Assembly (NCBI GenBank): GCA_963816145.1 | Contig: CAWFJP010000014.1 | Span: forward strand, 672,001 to 736,000 | Direction: 5' to 3' | DNA length: 64,000 bases | Origin: an uncultured delta proteobacterium | GTDB taxonomy: Bacteria; Desulfobacterota; Binatia; UBA9968 | Part shown: positions 42,990-55,745 of the stretch, piece by piece | Layout of the letters: each line of letters starts with the position of its first letter | How positions within the stretch are numbered: the first letter of the stretch is position 1 | Translations under genes and position numbers: made by a program | Notes under the pieces: model-generated | Seen by the model: the letters and a program-made list of their open reading frames with translations, nothing else | What the model was told of the DNA's origin: nothing | Databases searched by the model: none

Positions 42990-43967
42990 ATGAGCCAAAT
43001 AGGTCTAGCTGCTAAAGCAAATCTCCAAACCGTCAACTTTGATCTGGATTCCTATCTGCGCACCCGTACTGCGGCCGTAGATCGGGCGCTCGACGGTTAC
43101 CTCAAGCGCTACGCCGAGCGCTCCGGCACCATCTGGAAAGCGATGCATTACGGGTTGTTTCCCGGCGGCAAACGCGTTCGGCCGATTTTGCTCCTGGCCG
43201 CCGGCGAGCTTTTTGCGGGGCGGCGCAGCGCGTTGATGCCATTTGCCTGCGCGGTCGAAATGATTCATGGCTATTCGCTCATCCATGATGACCTGCCGGC
43301 GCTCGATAACGACGACCTGCGCCGCGGCGAACCGACCAACCACAAAGTGTTTGGCGAAGGCATCGCGCTGCTTGCCGGCGACGGTCTGCTGACCGAAGCC
43401 TTTCATGTCATGTCCGGACCGGGGGCTTTGAAGTTTGTTTCAGCCGATCTGGTTCTCAAGTTGGTCCATGAGCTTTCTCACTCTGTTGGCATTGACGGCC
43501 TCGTCGGTGGCCAGGCTTTCGATCTTGAGGCCGAGCGGCGCGCCGTCGATATCGGCGTGGTCGAGTATATTCATGTGCGCAAAACCGGCGCGCTGATCCG
43601 CGCTTCGTTGCGTTTGGGGGCCCAGGTGGCGGGCGCCAAGCCGGCGGAGCTAAAGCGCATCTCGCGCTTCGGCGAATCGCTTGGTTTGGCTTTTCAAATC
43701 GCCGATGACATCCTCGATATCCTGGGCGAGACCGCTCCCGGCGAGCGTGCGGAGTCGGGCCACAGCGAGTGGAATAAAGCGACCTTTCCCTCGGTCATCG
43801 GTGTTGCTGCAGCGCAACAACGGCTCACGGAGCTGGGCCAGCAATGTTTGCGCGAACTGGCGCCCTTTGGCGCTGGCGCCGAACCGCTGCGCGCGATCAC
43901 CGAGCAGGTCGTGACCCGGGCGCTCCACGTCAATGGAAATATCCCAACCAAGGAGTTGCAATCTTAA
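42990..43967 (+). CDS. ispA: Farnesyl diphosphate synthase
   Basis: GGKRVRP, HDDLPALDNDDLRRG, KTG, FQIADDILD; upstream of dxs. Confidence 0.92.
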   Translation: MSQIGLAAKANLQTVNFDLDSYLRTRTAAVDRALDGYLKRYAERSGTIWKAMHYGLFPGGKRVRPILLLAAGELFAGRRSALMPFACAVEMIHGYSLIHDDLPALDNDDLRRGEPTNHKVFGEGIALLAGDGLLTEAFHVMSGPGALKFVSADLVLKLVHELSHSVGIDGLVGGQAFDLEAERRAVDIGVVEYIHVRKTGALIRASLRLGAQVAGAKPAELKRISRFGESLGLAFQIADDILDILGETAPGERAESGHSEWNKATFPSVIGVAAAQQRLTELGQQCLRELAPFGAGAEPLRAITEQVVTRALHVNGNIPTKELQS

Positions 43968-43968
43968 T

Positions 43969-45885
43969 ATGGCGCGATTGCTAGATGGCATCGATTATCC
44001 GCGCGATATGCGCAAGCTTACTCTCGACCAGCTGCCGCAGTTGGCCCAGGAGATTCGCGAGGAAGTAATCTCGGTGGTGTCGGAAGTGGGCGGTCACTTT
44101 GCTTCGACCTTGGGGGCGGTGGAGCTGACGCTGGCGCTGCACTACGTGTTCGACACGCCGGAGGATCGCATCGTTTGGGACACCGGCCACCAGACCTATG
44201 CCCACAAGCTCATCTGCGGCCGGCGCAATCGTCTCGCGACGATTCGCCAGCTCGGTGGCTTGAGCGGCTTTCTGTCGCGCGAGGAGAGCGAGTACGACAC
44301 CTTCGGCGCCGGCCATGCCGGCACATCGATTTCCGCGGCGCTTGGCATGGTGGAAGCCAATGCGCTGTCCGGCGGTAAGCGCAAGGTGGTCGCGGTGATC
44401 AGCGACGGCGGCCTGAGCGCAGGATTGACCTATGAGGGGCTCAACTCCGCCGGCCACCTCGATCGGGACTTGATCGTCGTACTCAACGACAATGAGCATT
44501 TTATCGACCCGCGCGTTGGCGCGGTGTCGTCGTTCTTGAGCCGGCAGTTCACCACGGATTTGGGTGTTAGGCTGCAAAAAAATCTTTCGACCCTGCTCAA
44601 GAGCTTGCCCAGCGGCGAGCATATCAAGTATGCGGCGCGCAAGATTCGCGACTCGTTTTTAAGCTTGGTGACGCCGGGATTTCTCTTCGAGAGCTTGGGT
44701 TTCCAATATGTCGGCCCGATCGACGGACATGACATCGGCGCGATGGTCGCGACTCTGGAAAATATCAAAAAGGTCGAGGGGCCGATTTTGGTGCATGTCC
44801 TGACCAAGAAGGGCAAAGGCTTTGCGCTGGCGGAAAACGATCCGATCAAATTTCACGGTGTCACGCCGTTTCACGTGTTGACCGGCAAGGCGAAAAAAGA
44901 CAAAAGCCCGGTGCCGAGTTACACTGAGATATTCGGTCAGACCCTGGTTGGTCTGGCCAAGGATAACCCTAAAATCGTCGGCATCACGGCGGCCATGGGC
45001 AGCGGCACCGGCATCGATAAGATGCAGCGCCTACTCCCCGAACGCACCTACGATGTCGGTATCGCCGAACAGCATGCGGTGACTTTCGCCGCCGGCATGG
45101 CGACGGAGGGTTACATTCCGGTGGTGGCGATCTATTCGACTTTTTTGCAGCGCGGCTACGACGAGATCCTGCACGATGTCTGTTTGCAGAATCTGCACGT
45201 GGTGATGGCTCTCGACCGCGGCGGCCTGGTCGGCGCCGACGGCCCGACGCATCACGGTGTGTTCGACTTTGCTTACATGCGGTCGATCCCCAACATGGTC
45301 ATTATGGCGCCCAAGGACGAGAACGAATTGCAGCATATGCTCAAGACCGCCGTGGAGCATTCGGGGCCGATATCGCTGCGGTATCCGCGCGGCGAGGGTT
45401 GGGATGTAACGCTCGATGAAAAGTTCCGTAGCCTGGAGATCGGCAAGGCGGAACTGCTGCGTGACGGCACCGACCTGGTCATCGCCGCCATCGGCCAGAC
45501 GGTGATTCCGGCGCTCAAAGCGGCGCAAGACTTGGCGCCTCTTGGCATCAGCGCGGCGGTGGTGAACGCCCGCTTCGTCAAGCCGTTGGATGAAAATCTA
45601 TATCGCGATCTGCTCACCAAAGTGCCGCGGCTCATCACCGTCGAAGATCATGTGATCAGCGGCGGCTTCGGCAGCGCGCTGGTGGAATTCCTGGCGGACG
45701 ATGGCATTACCGGAGTCGAAGTGAAGCGGCTCGGCGTGCCCGATCGATTCATTCCCCACGGCACTCAGGACGAACTCAGGAAAATCTGCGGCTTCGACAA
45801 AGATGCCATCGCGCAAGCGGCCTTGCAGATGATGCGCCGCGGTAAAAAGAAAACTCGAGAAGGATGGGAAAGAGGCAGCGCTTAG
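43969..45885 (+). CDS. dxs: 1-deoxy-D-xylulose-5-phosphate synthase
   Basis: GGHFASTLGAVELT, WDTGHQ, YVGPIDGH, GIAEQHAV, DRGGLVGADGPTHHG. Confidence 0.97.
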   Translation: MARLLDGIDYPRDMRKLTLDQLPQLAQEIREEVISVVSEVGGHFASTLGAVELTLALHYVFDTPEDRIVWDTGHQTYAHKLICGRRNRLATIRQLGGLSGFLSREESEYDTFGAGHAGTSISAALGMVEANALSGGKRKVVAVISDGGLSAGLTYEGLNSAGHLDRDLIVVLNDNEHFIDPRVGAVSSFLSRQFTTDLGVRLQKNLSTLLKSLPSGEHIKYAARKIRDSFLSLVTPGFLFESLGFQYVGPIDGHDIGAMVATLENIKKVEGPILVHVLTKKGKGFALAENDPIKFHGVTPFHVLTGKAKKDKSPVPSYTEIFGQTLVGLAKDNPKIVGITAAMGSGTGIDKMQRLLPERTYDVGIAEQHAVTFAAGMATEGYIPVVAIYSTFLQRGYDEILHDVCLQNLHVVMALDRGGLVGADGPTHHGVFDFAYMRSIPNMVIMAPKDENELQHMLKTAVEHSGPISLRYPRGEGWDVTLDEKFRSLEIGKAELLRDGTDLVIAAIGQTVIPALKAAQDLAPLGISAAVVNARFVKPLDENLYRDLLTKVPRLITVEDHVISGGFGSALVEFLADDGITGVEVKRLGVPDRFIPHGTQDELRKICGFDKDAIAQAALQMMRRGKKKTREGWERGSA

Positions 45886-46610
45886 ACCTGCTCTTGGTCG
45901 AGCGCCAACTGGTGGCGAGCCGGGAAGAAGGACGGCGGCGCATTCTCGCCGGCGAAGTTCTGGTCAACCAGCAGCCGGTCACCAAAGCGGGCAATCTGAT
46001 CGACGGCGCAGCGACGATCAGCGTAAAAGCCACGCCTCTCTACGTCAGCCGCGGCGGCGTCAAACTGGAGAAGGCGCTGCGCGAGTTCGCCGTAGAAGTC
46101 GTCGGCAAAAATGCCATCGACATCGGCGCTTCCACCGGCGGCTTCACCGACTGTCTGCTCGCCCATGGCGCGGCCAAAGTGATCGCCGTCGATGTCGGCT
46201 ACGGCCAGCTAGATTGGAAACTGCGCAACGATGCGCGCATCGTGGTACTCGAGAAGACCAACATCCGTTATTTGGAGCCGACGCTTTTGCCGTTCGTTCC
46301 GGAACTCGCGACCATCGATGCATCGTTCATATCGCTCAAACTCATTCTGCCCAAAGTGCGTTCGCTCATTGCCGCAGATGGTACTGTGATCGCCCTGATC
46401 AAACCGCAGTTCGAAGTCGGCAAGGGAAAAGTCGGCAAAGGCGGGGTAGTGCGCTCGGCGCAAGAGCATCAGCGCGTCATCGACGAGATTGCCCAGGCGT
46501 CGGCCGGCTGCGGCTATCGGGTGTTGGCGGTCACCGAATCGCCGCTTTTGGGCCCCAAAGGTAATAAAGAGTTTCTGCTCCATCTCGAGGTCGCTAGGGT
46601 GTTAGATTAA
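45864..46610 (+). CDS. tlyA: TlyA rRNA 2'-O-methyltransferase
   Basis: S4 domain, YVSRGGVKL, DIGASTGGFTD, LIKPQFE, GPKGNKEF. Confidence 0.95.
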   Translation: MGKRQRLDLLLVERQLVASREEGRRRILAGEVLVNQQPVTKAGNLIDGAATISVKATPLYVSRGGVKLEKALREFAVEVVGKNAIDIGASTGGFTDCLLAHGAAKVIAVDVGYGQLDWKLRNDARIVVLEKTNIRYLEPTLLPFVPELATIDASFISLKLILPKVRSLIAADGTVIALIKPQFEVGKGKVGKGGVVRSAQEHQRVIDEIAQASAGCGYRVLAVTESPLLGPKGNKEFLLHLEVARVLD

Positions 46611-46643
46611 GATTTCGCCATCGCCGCGAGATCTATTTTCGCC

Positions 46644-47375
46644 ATGCAATCTTTAAAAAAAATCGCCCACCGCGGCGCCTCGGGACAGTATCCGGAAAAC
46701 AGCCGGTTGGCATTTGAAAAGGCGATCGCCGCGGGTGCGGACATGATCGAGCTCGAATGCCAACTGACGGCCGATGGCCATGTGGTGGTGTTCCATGACG
46801 AAAGGCTGACGCGCACCACCGGCGTCCGCGGCAAGATCCAAGATAAGACGCTCGAGAAGTTGCGCAAACTCGATATCGGCAAGTGGCGCAAGCCGGCTTT
46901 TCGCGGCGAGAAAATCTTGACCCTGGAGGAAGCGCTGGAAATTATTGCCGGCAATGTCGATCTCTGCTTGGAAATCAAAACCGCCGCGGCAGCGCCGGCG
47001 GGGATCGAGTTAAAGCTGCTGTTTATCTTGAGTCATTACGATTATCTGGAACGGACCACGATCTTGTCGTTCGATTACCGCAGTCTGGCGCGGGTGCGCG
47101 AGTTGGCGCCCGAGGCCACTCTTGGGATCATTTACGGAGCGAGTATCAAGGACGATCCGTTCGCCGCTGCCGAACGGTTCGCCGCGTCGTCGATCCACGT
47201 GCAAAAACAGCTGGCCAGCCGCGAGTTTCTCGACCAGGCCTGGCAAGCGGGATTGGATGTCTATGTCTGGACTGTCAACGATTTGCGCGAGATGGAAACC
47301 TTTGTGGCGTTGGGCGTGCAAGGAATAGTTTCCGATTATCCGGAAAAATTTGTCCGGCTGGGCCGCAGTCGGTGA
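46644..47375 (+). CDS. Glycerophosphodiester phosphodiesterase
   Basis: IAHRGASGQYPENS, VVFHD, EIK, WTVND, SDYP. Confidence 0.92.
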   Translation: MQSLKKIAHRGASGQYPENSRLAFEKAIAAGADMIELECQLTADGHVVVFHDERLTRTTGVRGKIQDKTLEKLRKLDIGKWRKPAFRGEKILTLEEALEIIAGNVDLCLEIKTAAAAPAGIELKLLFILSHYDYLERTTILSFDYRSLARVRELAPEATLGIIYGASIKDDPFAAAERFAASSIHVQKQLASREFLDQAWQAGLDVYVWTVNDLREMETFVALGVQGIVSDYPEKFVRLGRSR

Positions 47376-47583
47376 TTGAGCGGCGCTTGCGGAGCGCTTT
47401 CGCGTCCCCGGATTTGGCCTTCTGCGGCGCCTCACCCAAGCTTTAGATGGGCTTCATCGTAGCTCCGAGAGACGACTGCAAACGGTTAGATTTAAAAGCG
47501 TTTTACTTGACTTGAAGGATTTATCAGCTAAACTCGTAAACGGTTTATGTGCGGTCTGCCTGGATCGGGGGTGAATCATAACT

Positions 47584-47778
47584 ATGACCGGAGTTCGGGT
47601 TCGAGATAACGAATCGATCGAAAGCGCCATCCGCCGCTTTAAAAAACTATGCGAAAAAGCCGGCATCCTCGCCGAATTGCGTAAACGAGAACATTACGAG
47701 AAGCCTAGCGTTAAGCGTAAGAAAAAAGCGATTGCCGCGAAAAAGCGCGCCCTGCGACGCGTGCGTCATTCGTTCTAA
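47584..47778 (+). CDS. rpsU: 30S ribosomal protein S21
   Basis: [12 protein letters not shown]...[12 protein letters not shown]. Confidence 0.97.
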   Translation: MTGVRVRDNESIESAIRRFKKLCEKAGILAELRKREHYEKPSVKRKKKAIAAKKRALRRVRHSF

Positions 47779-47805
47779 AATTCAAATTGCGAGCCTAACA
47801 TACCG

Positions 47806-48252
47806 ATGGATTTGAAAGCGGAGATTCAGCAGGCCGTGAAAGCTGCCATGAAAGGCGGCGACACGGTCACGCTTTCAACCCTTCGATTATTATTGGCGGC
47901 GTTGCAGAACGAAGAAATCCGTGTTCGCCGGGCGCTTGGCGCTGATGAGATCCAGAAAATCGTCGGCACTCTGTGCAAACAGCGCGGTGAAGCGATTGAG
48001 TTGTATCGCAAAGGCGGGCGAGAGGAGCTAGCGGCCAAGGAAGAGGCCGAATTAGCGATCCTCAAGGGGTTTCTCCCGCAGCAACTCTCCGACGATGAGA
48101 TTAAGTCTGCAATCCAATCGAGTATCGATGAGGCGGGTGCCAAAGGATTAGCCGACCTAGGTAAAGTAATGAAGCTGGTGATGCCCAAGGTGGCGGGACG
48201 CAGCGATGGAAAGCGAGTTAACGATCTCGCCAAGGCATTGCTGGCTGGTTAG
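47806..48252 (+). CDS. GatB/YqeY domain protein
   Basis: AMK.GD...LSTLRLL, GREELAAKEEAE, FLPQQLS, GKVM. Confidence 0.92.
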   Translation: MDLKAEIQQAVKAAMKGGDTVTLSTLRLLLAALQNEEIRVRRALGADEIQKIVGTLCKQRGEAIELYRKGGREELAAKEEAELAILKGFLPQQLSDDEIKSAIQSSIDEAGAKGLADLGKVMKLVMPKVAGRSDGKRVNDLAKALLAG

Positions 48253-48379
48253 TGCAAAGGGAGTGGGCTCGGTCCGGCCGATGTAACCGGTTTGCCTTGG
48301 AAGATATCGACTGTGCGAAGATGGCGAGCGGCGTGTGCGACCATGGGGCGGCGCCGCTACCGCAGGTGGGTGCCAGCTG

Positions 48380-48913
48380 GTGAATTGGATCGATCTGATT
48401 TTGCTCGCCGTCTTAGCGATATTCGGCCTGCGCGGCTTCTTCCGAGGTTTTTTCCGTGAAATCTTGTCACTTGCCGGACTCATCATCGGTTTCCTGGTCG
48501 CCGCGCGCTACGGCGATGTCGCGGCGCAATACGTGGCGCAGCATTGGAAATTGTCACCGCTTCTGCTTAAGGGTTCTGGCTTTGTCGCGATCTTTTTTGT
48601 GATTTATTTCGGCTTTAACTTGGCCGGCTGGCTGTTGCACCGTTCGGAAAAAATGCTTTTTCTCAAAACCGTCAACCGCGCCGGCGGCATCGCTCTCGGC
48701 GTCGGCAAGGGCGCGGCGGTGGCGGCGCTGGCGGTATTTCTATTAGGCTCCTCTTCACTACTCTCTCGACCGACTCGTGACTCCCTTGAACATGCCTACT
48801 TGGTGCCGCCATTGTCCGAACTGGGCGAGAGTTTGGTCAAAGCCGGCAAAGAGCGAATGTTCACCGGGGATAACTCCAGCCCCGCGCCGGCCCGTGAGCG
48901 GCAGGCGATCTAG
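48380..48913 (+). CDS. CvpA family membrane protein
   Basis: NWIDLILL..GFFRGFFREILSL, NRAGG..LG..KG. Confidence 0.88.
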   Translation: MNWIDLILLAVLAIFGLRGFFRGFFREILSLAGLIIGFLVAARYGDVAAQYVAQHWKLSPLLLKGSGFVAIFFVIYFGFNLAGWLLHRSEKMLFLKTVNRAGGIALGVGKGAAVAALAVFLLGSSSLLSRPTRDSLEHAYLVPPLSELGESLVKAGKERMFTGDNSSPAPARERQAI

Positions 48914-50652
48914 ATTGGTGCCATGATTAGCCAGGAAAAAATCGCTGAGATTCGAAATCGCGCATCAATCGTCGAAGTGATCGCCGATTATGTCACGCTC
49001 AAGAAATCCGGCCGCAATCACATGGGGCTTTGTCCGTTCCACGGTGAGAAGACCCCGTCGTTCACGGTCAACGAAGAGAAGGGTATTTTTCACTGCTTCG
49101 GCTGCCATGCCGGCGGCTCCGTGTTTCAATTCCTCATGCAGTACGACCACCTGACTTTTCCTGAGGCCGTGGAACAGGTAGCGAAGCGCTACGGCATTGT
49201 CATCGAAAGATCGGACGCGCGCAACTATCAGCGCGACCTGGGCGAGCGTGAGACGCTCTTTCGCATTAACGAACGGGCCGCGGCCAATTACCAGAGCATC
49301 CTGTTCGATCATGCCGAGGGCCGTGCGGCGTTGGAATATCTGCGCCGCCGCGGCGTCGACGACGCCACCGCGCGCAAGTTCATGTTGGGCTTCGCGCCCC
49401 AGGGCGGTTCGGGCTTGGTCACCTTGGTCAAGAAAGAAAGTTTGGCGTTGGCGGACGCGATCAAGCTCGGGCTCGTCGCCCAGCGCAACCCGCAGCAATA
49501 TTATGAAAAGTTTTTTGCCCGGGTGATGTTTCCCATCGCCAACGCTGCGGGTAAGATCGTCGGCTTCGGCGGCCGGGTGATGGATCAGGGCATGCCGAAG
49601 TATTTGAATTCGAGCGAAACGCCGCTGTTTCACAAGGGATCGACGGTGTACGGTCTGCACCAAGCCAAGGAAAGTATCCGCCAGGCCGATCGGGTGGTGG
49701 TGGTCGAAGGGTACCTCGATGTGATCGCCCTGGCGCAGCATGGTGTCGGTTACGCGGTGGCGACTTTGGGGACGGCGCTGACTGTCGAACATGTGCGCGC
49801 CTTGTCACGCTACACCAAGAATATTATCGCGTTGTTCGACGGCGACGATGCCGGGCTCAAGGCGGCGGCGCGTAGCTTCGAGATCTTTGTCGAAGCCGGC
49901 ATGCTCGGCCGCGCGGCGTTTCTGCCCAAGGACGACGATCCCGATACTTTTGTTCGCAAGCAAGGCAAGGACGCCGTCGAGAAGTTGCTCGATCAAGCGG
50001 TGCCGCTGGCCGATTATTATTTTTCCTGGTTGCAAAAGCGCTATGGCAGTACCATCGAAGGCAAGAGCCAGACAGCCAGCGAGATCGGCCGGTTGCTCGC
50101 CAAGGTGACCAATCCATTCGAAGTCGATTTGTTGATTCGTCGTGCCGCGGATTTGGGTGTTCGCGAAGAACTGTTGCGCCGGCCGGTGGCCAACCCGGCC
50201 AGTCCCCGGCCGTTCGCGTCGAGCCATCCGGTTGCCGCCGCGCCGGCGCCGAAAGATAATCGCGACGATATCGCCGAGCGTTCGCTGGTCGGGCTATTGC
50301 TGCGGGTGCCGGCGCTGCTCGATAAATTGGCGCGGGATGCGCGCGTGCGCCAATGTTTTAGCGACAAATGGCGTCCAGCGGTTGACGCGATCATATTGGA
50401 ATGGCAAGAAACAGGGAACATCGACATCGGCGCCATCAGCCAAACGTTGCCGGAGCCTCTGGTCAGCGGATTTGCCGCCTTGGTGTTGGAAGCGGAGAAC
50501 CGGTCTGACGCCGAGTGCGCCAATATGGCCAGCGATTGTCTGACCCACTTGCAACGCAAGTACTTAAAGACCCAAGAGCGCGATTTACGTATCGCCATCC
50601 GCGCTGCCGAAGAGAAACGCGATGAAATCGCCAAGAGAGAAAGGATACTAGA

Positions 50653-52524
<1,872 letters not shown>

Positions 52525-52581
52525 GACTTCCAGTCTTTGAACACGTAACCCGAAACTCTCAACCCGAAACAATTTATTTAA

Positions 52582-52658
52582 GGGCCCATAGCTCAGTTGG
52601 TTAGAGCCACCGGCTCATAACCGGTTGGTCCCTGGTTCGAGTCCAGGTGGGCCCACCA
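52582..52658 (+). tRNA. tRNA-Ile2(CAU), lysidine type (Met assignment less likely)
   Basis: gggccca/tgggccc acceptor, anticodon arm ccgg-ctcataa-ccgg, GTTCGAG, CCA; Ile-like D arm and position after rpoD. Confidence 0.92.
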
Positions 52659-53709
52659 ACTTCTTCCTCAAAGTTTTCCAGTACTTCGTCGGGGTCCGTG
52701 CCTGTAGCCTTTACTTGGGTTTCGGTAAAGGTTTCGGGTTTGGCCCCGATGAGCCTTGAAAACTGCTCTTCAACGTCGTCGCCGATGTACTTGCCATAGT
52801 GCTTTTCGATCATTGTCACGGACGTGCCGCAATACTCCGCCAACCACTTGATGTGAACGCCATTACTCAAGCCTGCTGATATGAACGTATGGCGGGTAGA
52901 GTAGGGCTTACGTTCGCGGATGCCGGTGCCTCTTAGGATTCGATACCAGATTCCGCCACGCCAAGTGTGAAAATTTAGCAGCTGGCCTTCCTGGTTCTTA
53001 AAGACATGCTCGTCAATCCCAACGTGCAATGGCTTAGCCGCTTTGAACACGTCAACGACTTCCGGGAGTAGCCGAATTTCTCTTTCACTTCCGGCAGTCT
53101 TGGTGCCGTTCTCTGCGTCCATGTAACGGGACTTAGAAATTGATAGAAAGCCATGCTTGATATCGATGTCTTCCCAGCGCAGCGCCAAGGCTTCCGATGG
53201 CCTCACGCCCGTCCAAAAGAGTAGGTAGACAAACGGATAATAGAACCGGCTCTTATCCTTAAATACCTGAATGATCTTATCGCGCTCTTCTTCGGTAAAT
53301 GGATCGGGCTTAGGTGAGGGGAGACGTGGCCAATCCAGGGCGGCGAAGGGATCGGTATCGATTAAGTGATCGATCTTGCGAGCATCGCGCATCATCGACG
53401 GAATGAAGCGTCAATGATCGTTCGCGCCGATTTCATCTTCAGTCCGCGCTCGCCGGTTAGGTAGGTTCTGAAATCTAACAGCGTGCGTGGTTGAACATCC
53501 TTTAGCTTGACGCTCTCAAATTGCGGCAGAATGTAGCGCCGAAAGTGCTCACGGTAGTCTCGCTCCAGGCCCATGCGAACTGCTGGCGGTTTTTTTCCTT
53601 CAATCCACTTCTTAAAGTATGCGCCCACGGTTTGTTCGATGCTCTCAGGCTTTTTCTGGCTGAGGTGAGACATTAAGACCTTTGCCGTGATAAAGGGTGA
53701 TTCGATCAC
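52601..53709 (-). pseudogene. Island 1 tyrosine integrase, frameshifted near 53398 and lacking the N-terminal arm-binding domain
   Basis: ORFs 53392-53709 and 52601-53395 align end to end with integrase 61804-63060. TGVRPSE, YSTRHTF, KHY. Confidence 0.88.
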
Positions 53710-53787
53710 GGTTATAATAAGAAGTAATTTCTGGTGGGGGACCTTTGAATAATTTACGTTCCAATAAAGGATTATGCTTGACCGGCG

Positions 53788-53991
53788 TTATTTGGCTTTA
53801 TCACGCTCCCTAGCTATACGCAGGCGCTCTTCTTTCAACTTCAATCCTTCCTCAGATAGTGTTAGCTCAGGAAATAATCTCTCCAACAGCCCATACGCCG
53901 CAAGTTCAACGTCCTCATTTGTCTTGACGGCACCAAAAGTCACGACTTTATGTCCAGGTTTCTTTTCTGCTTCTGCCATAACATTCTCCAT
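53788..53991 (-). CDS. Small hypothetical protein
   Basis: 67-aa ORF with GGAG before the second Met; no recognisable motif. Confidence 0.4.
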   Translation of the reverse strand: MENVMAEAEKKPGHKVVTFGAVKTNEDVELAAYGLLERLFPELTLSEEGLKLKEERLRIARERDKAK

Positions 53992-54542
53992 GCTTCTGTT
54001 ATCTTAGCGGCTATTAAGTTGAGATTGCTTTGATTGGCAACGATCGAACCAGCGTGCCGTGGATACTATCTTTTTCAAGCCAATAAAAAACAAACAAACA
54101 ACAAAAAACAACAAATACTCTAATTATACGAATTTCCGACGAAATCGCTCATTCAACAGAACTAGTAATCTACACGAACTATATCACGACGGGCCAGCGC
54201 GGCCTTTGATATAAGCTGCTAGACACCCCGATTATCATCGTTGATATCAGCTCTTTTGAAATACTTATGTATTCCAAAATAGTATAGGTTCTGGACTATC
54301 AAGCTTTAAGATTATCAAGCCGTTTCTCGGCCCACGAGATTGTTTCCTGATCAAGGCCCATGTTATCCAAAGCGAGCTAGTAGAGAAGCTAGATCGAGTA
54401 GTCTCGGAGATCGAACAACTTAGCGCGTGATTATGATCGATTGATAATGAGATTGGCTACAAGTTTAGCGACAGAACTCATTACGTTAGGTGGCCTAGCA
54501 GTGAGGCGAGAGTTAGTATCAATTTCTACGGTGAGGGCACTA

Positions 54543-55673
54543 ATGGAACAAGCCACAGACGAAAAGCAAGCCGCGATAACCCTGCACCTGCTCCATGGAA
54601 CATGGGCGTCCCATGCGGCGTGGACACAGCCTGATTCTGAGTTAGTGAAATCGTTACAGAAAGAGTTTGGAAAACCGCTTCCTATGGAGTGGAAAGGTAA
54701 AAACCGTGATTCCGATCGCCGCTCGGCGGCTGAGCAAGTGATAGTTGCACTTCAGCAGCAGGAGGGCCGTCACGTCTTAATTGCCCACAGTCATGGGGGA
54801 AACGTTGCGCTTTACGCCGCTGCCGATCATAGACTTCACGGTAAGATAGCAGGGATCATTTGCTTGAACACCCCCTTCATTTCCATAATTCGTCGTGATT
54901 ACACTACACGCCTAGCACTCCTGGCCATGTTGGCGGTGGTGGCTCCGATCATGTGGGCCGCTGGGGAATTGATCAAGAGAGTTGAGGGCGTCCTTATGGA
55001 GGGATTTGTGACCCTTGGCGCTGGTATTCTCATTGCCCTGACTCTTGGTAGCGTCATCCCTCTTCTCCGTTACTTTCAAAGAAAAGGTACAGTGATCTGG
55101 AATCGTCTCGCGCCGACTCACGTACAGGACATTCCCGTGCTCTGCATCTCGGCTGGTGACGATGAGGCACAATACAGCCTCTCTCTACTGGAGCATGTCG
55201 CGAATCTCCCCACCATTCTACAGCATCCCTTCATGATGATGGTTCTGTTCTTCGGCTGTGTGGGAATGCAGATCGCTGGCTTGCTCCCTGAATTTACGTT
55301 GTTCGGCTTCAGCTCTGGACTAGTCTATGGCGGCTTTATGTACGTCCTAGCTGTTTTCCTCGTTCTACAGCTGATCGCGATTGTTTTCTCGTTTGTGGCA
55401 GGGCGGATCGCACTGGGTCTAGGATTCGGTTACTGGCCACTTTTGTATAATTTCGTTGTTCGCGTTAGCGTTACGCCTACCCCGCTTTATTATCGTCTGG
55501 TGGACTTCATTGACTTTGTGATACCCGCTGGCAAAAAACTCTCTATGCTTGCACATAGCCGCGTCTATCAGGATGAGAGGGCAATTCAGCAAGTGGTATT
55601 ATGGATCAAGAATGGATTCGCATTAAGTCCCAATGCAAAAGAGATCAATGAAATAAACGTGTTACCTAACTGA
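54543..55673 (+). CDS. Membrane-embedded alpha/beta hydrolase (lipase-like)
   Basis: LHGTW, AHSHGG, LNTPF, DEA, C-terminal HS..Y, several TM helices. Confidence 0.75.
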   Translation: MEQATDEKQAAITLHLLHGTWASHAAWTQPDSELVKSLQKEFGKPLPMEWKGKNRDSDRRSAAEQVIVALQQQEGRHVLIAHSHGGNVALYAAADHRLHGKIAGIICLNTPFISIIRRDYTTRLALLAMLAVVAPIMWAAGELIKRVEGVLMEGFVTLGAGILIALTLGSVIPLLRYFQRKGTVIWNRLAPTHVQDIPVLCISAGDDEAQYSLSLLEHVANLPTILQHPFMMMVLFFGCVGMQIAGLLPEFTLFGFSSGLVYGGFMYVLAVFLVLQLIAIVFSFVAGRIALGLGFGYWPLLYNFVVRVSVTPTPLYYRLVDFIDFVIPAGKKLSMLAHSRVYQDERAIQQVVLWIKNGFALSPNAKEINEINVLPN

Positions 55674-55745
55674 GGCATGCATCTGACCGGGACCCGCTAC
55701 CACTTAGCATTAAAGTCCGGCCTGAAAGAGTTGTGGAAAATCAAG

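Noticed and set aside
52548-52570. aacccgaaac repeated twice before tRNA-Ile2
   Set aside because: Too short, with only two copies. It resembles the arm word but lies outside the island, so no function can be assigned.
54082-54116. A/C-rich tract (aaaaaacaaacaaacaacaaaaaacaacaaa)
   Set aside because: Low-complexity sequence with no regular unit or associated gene.
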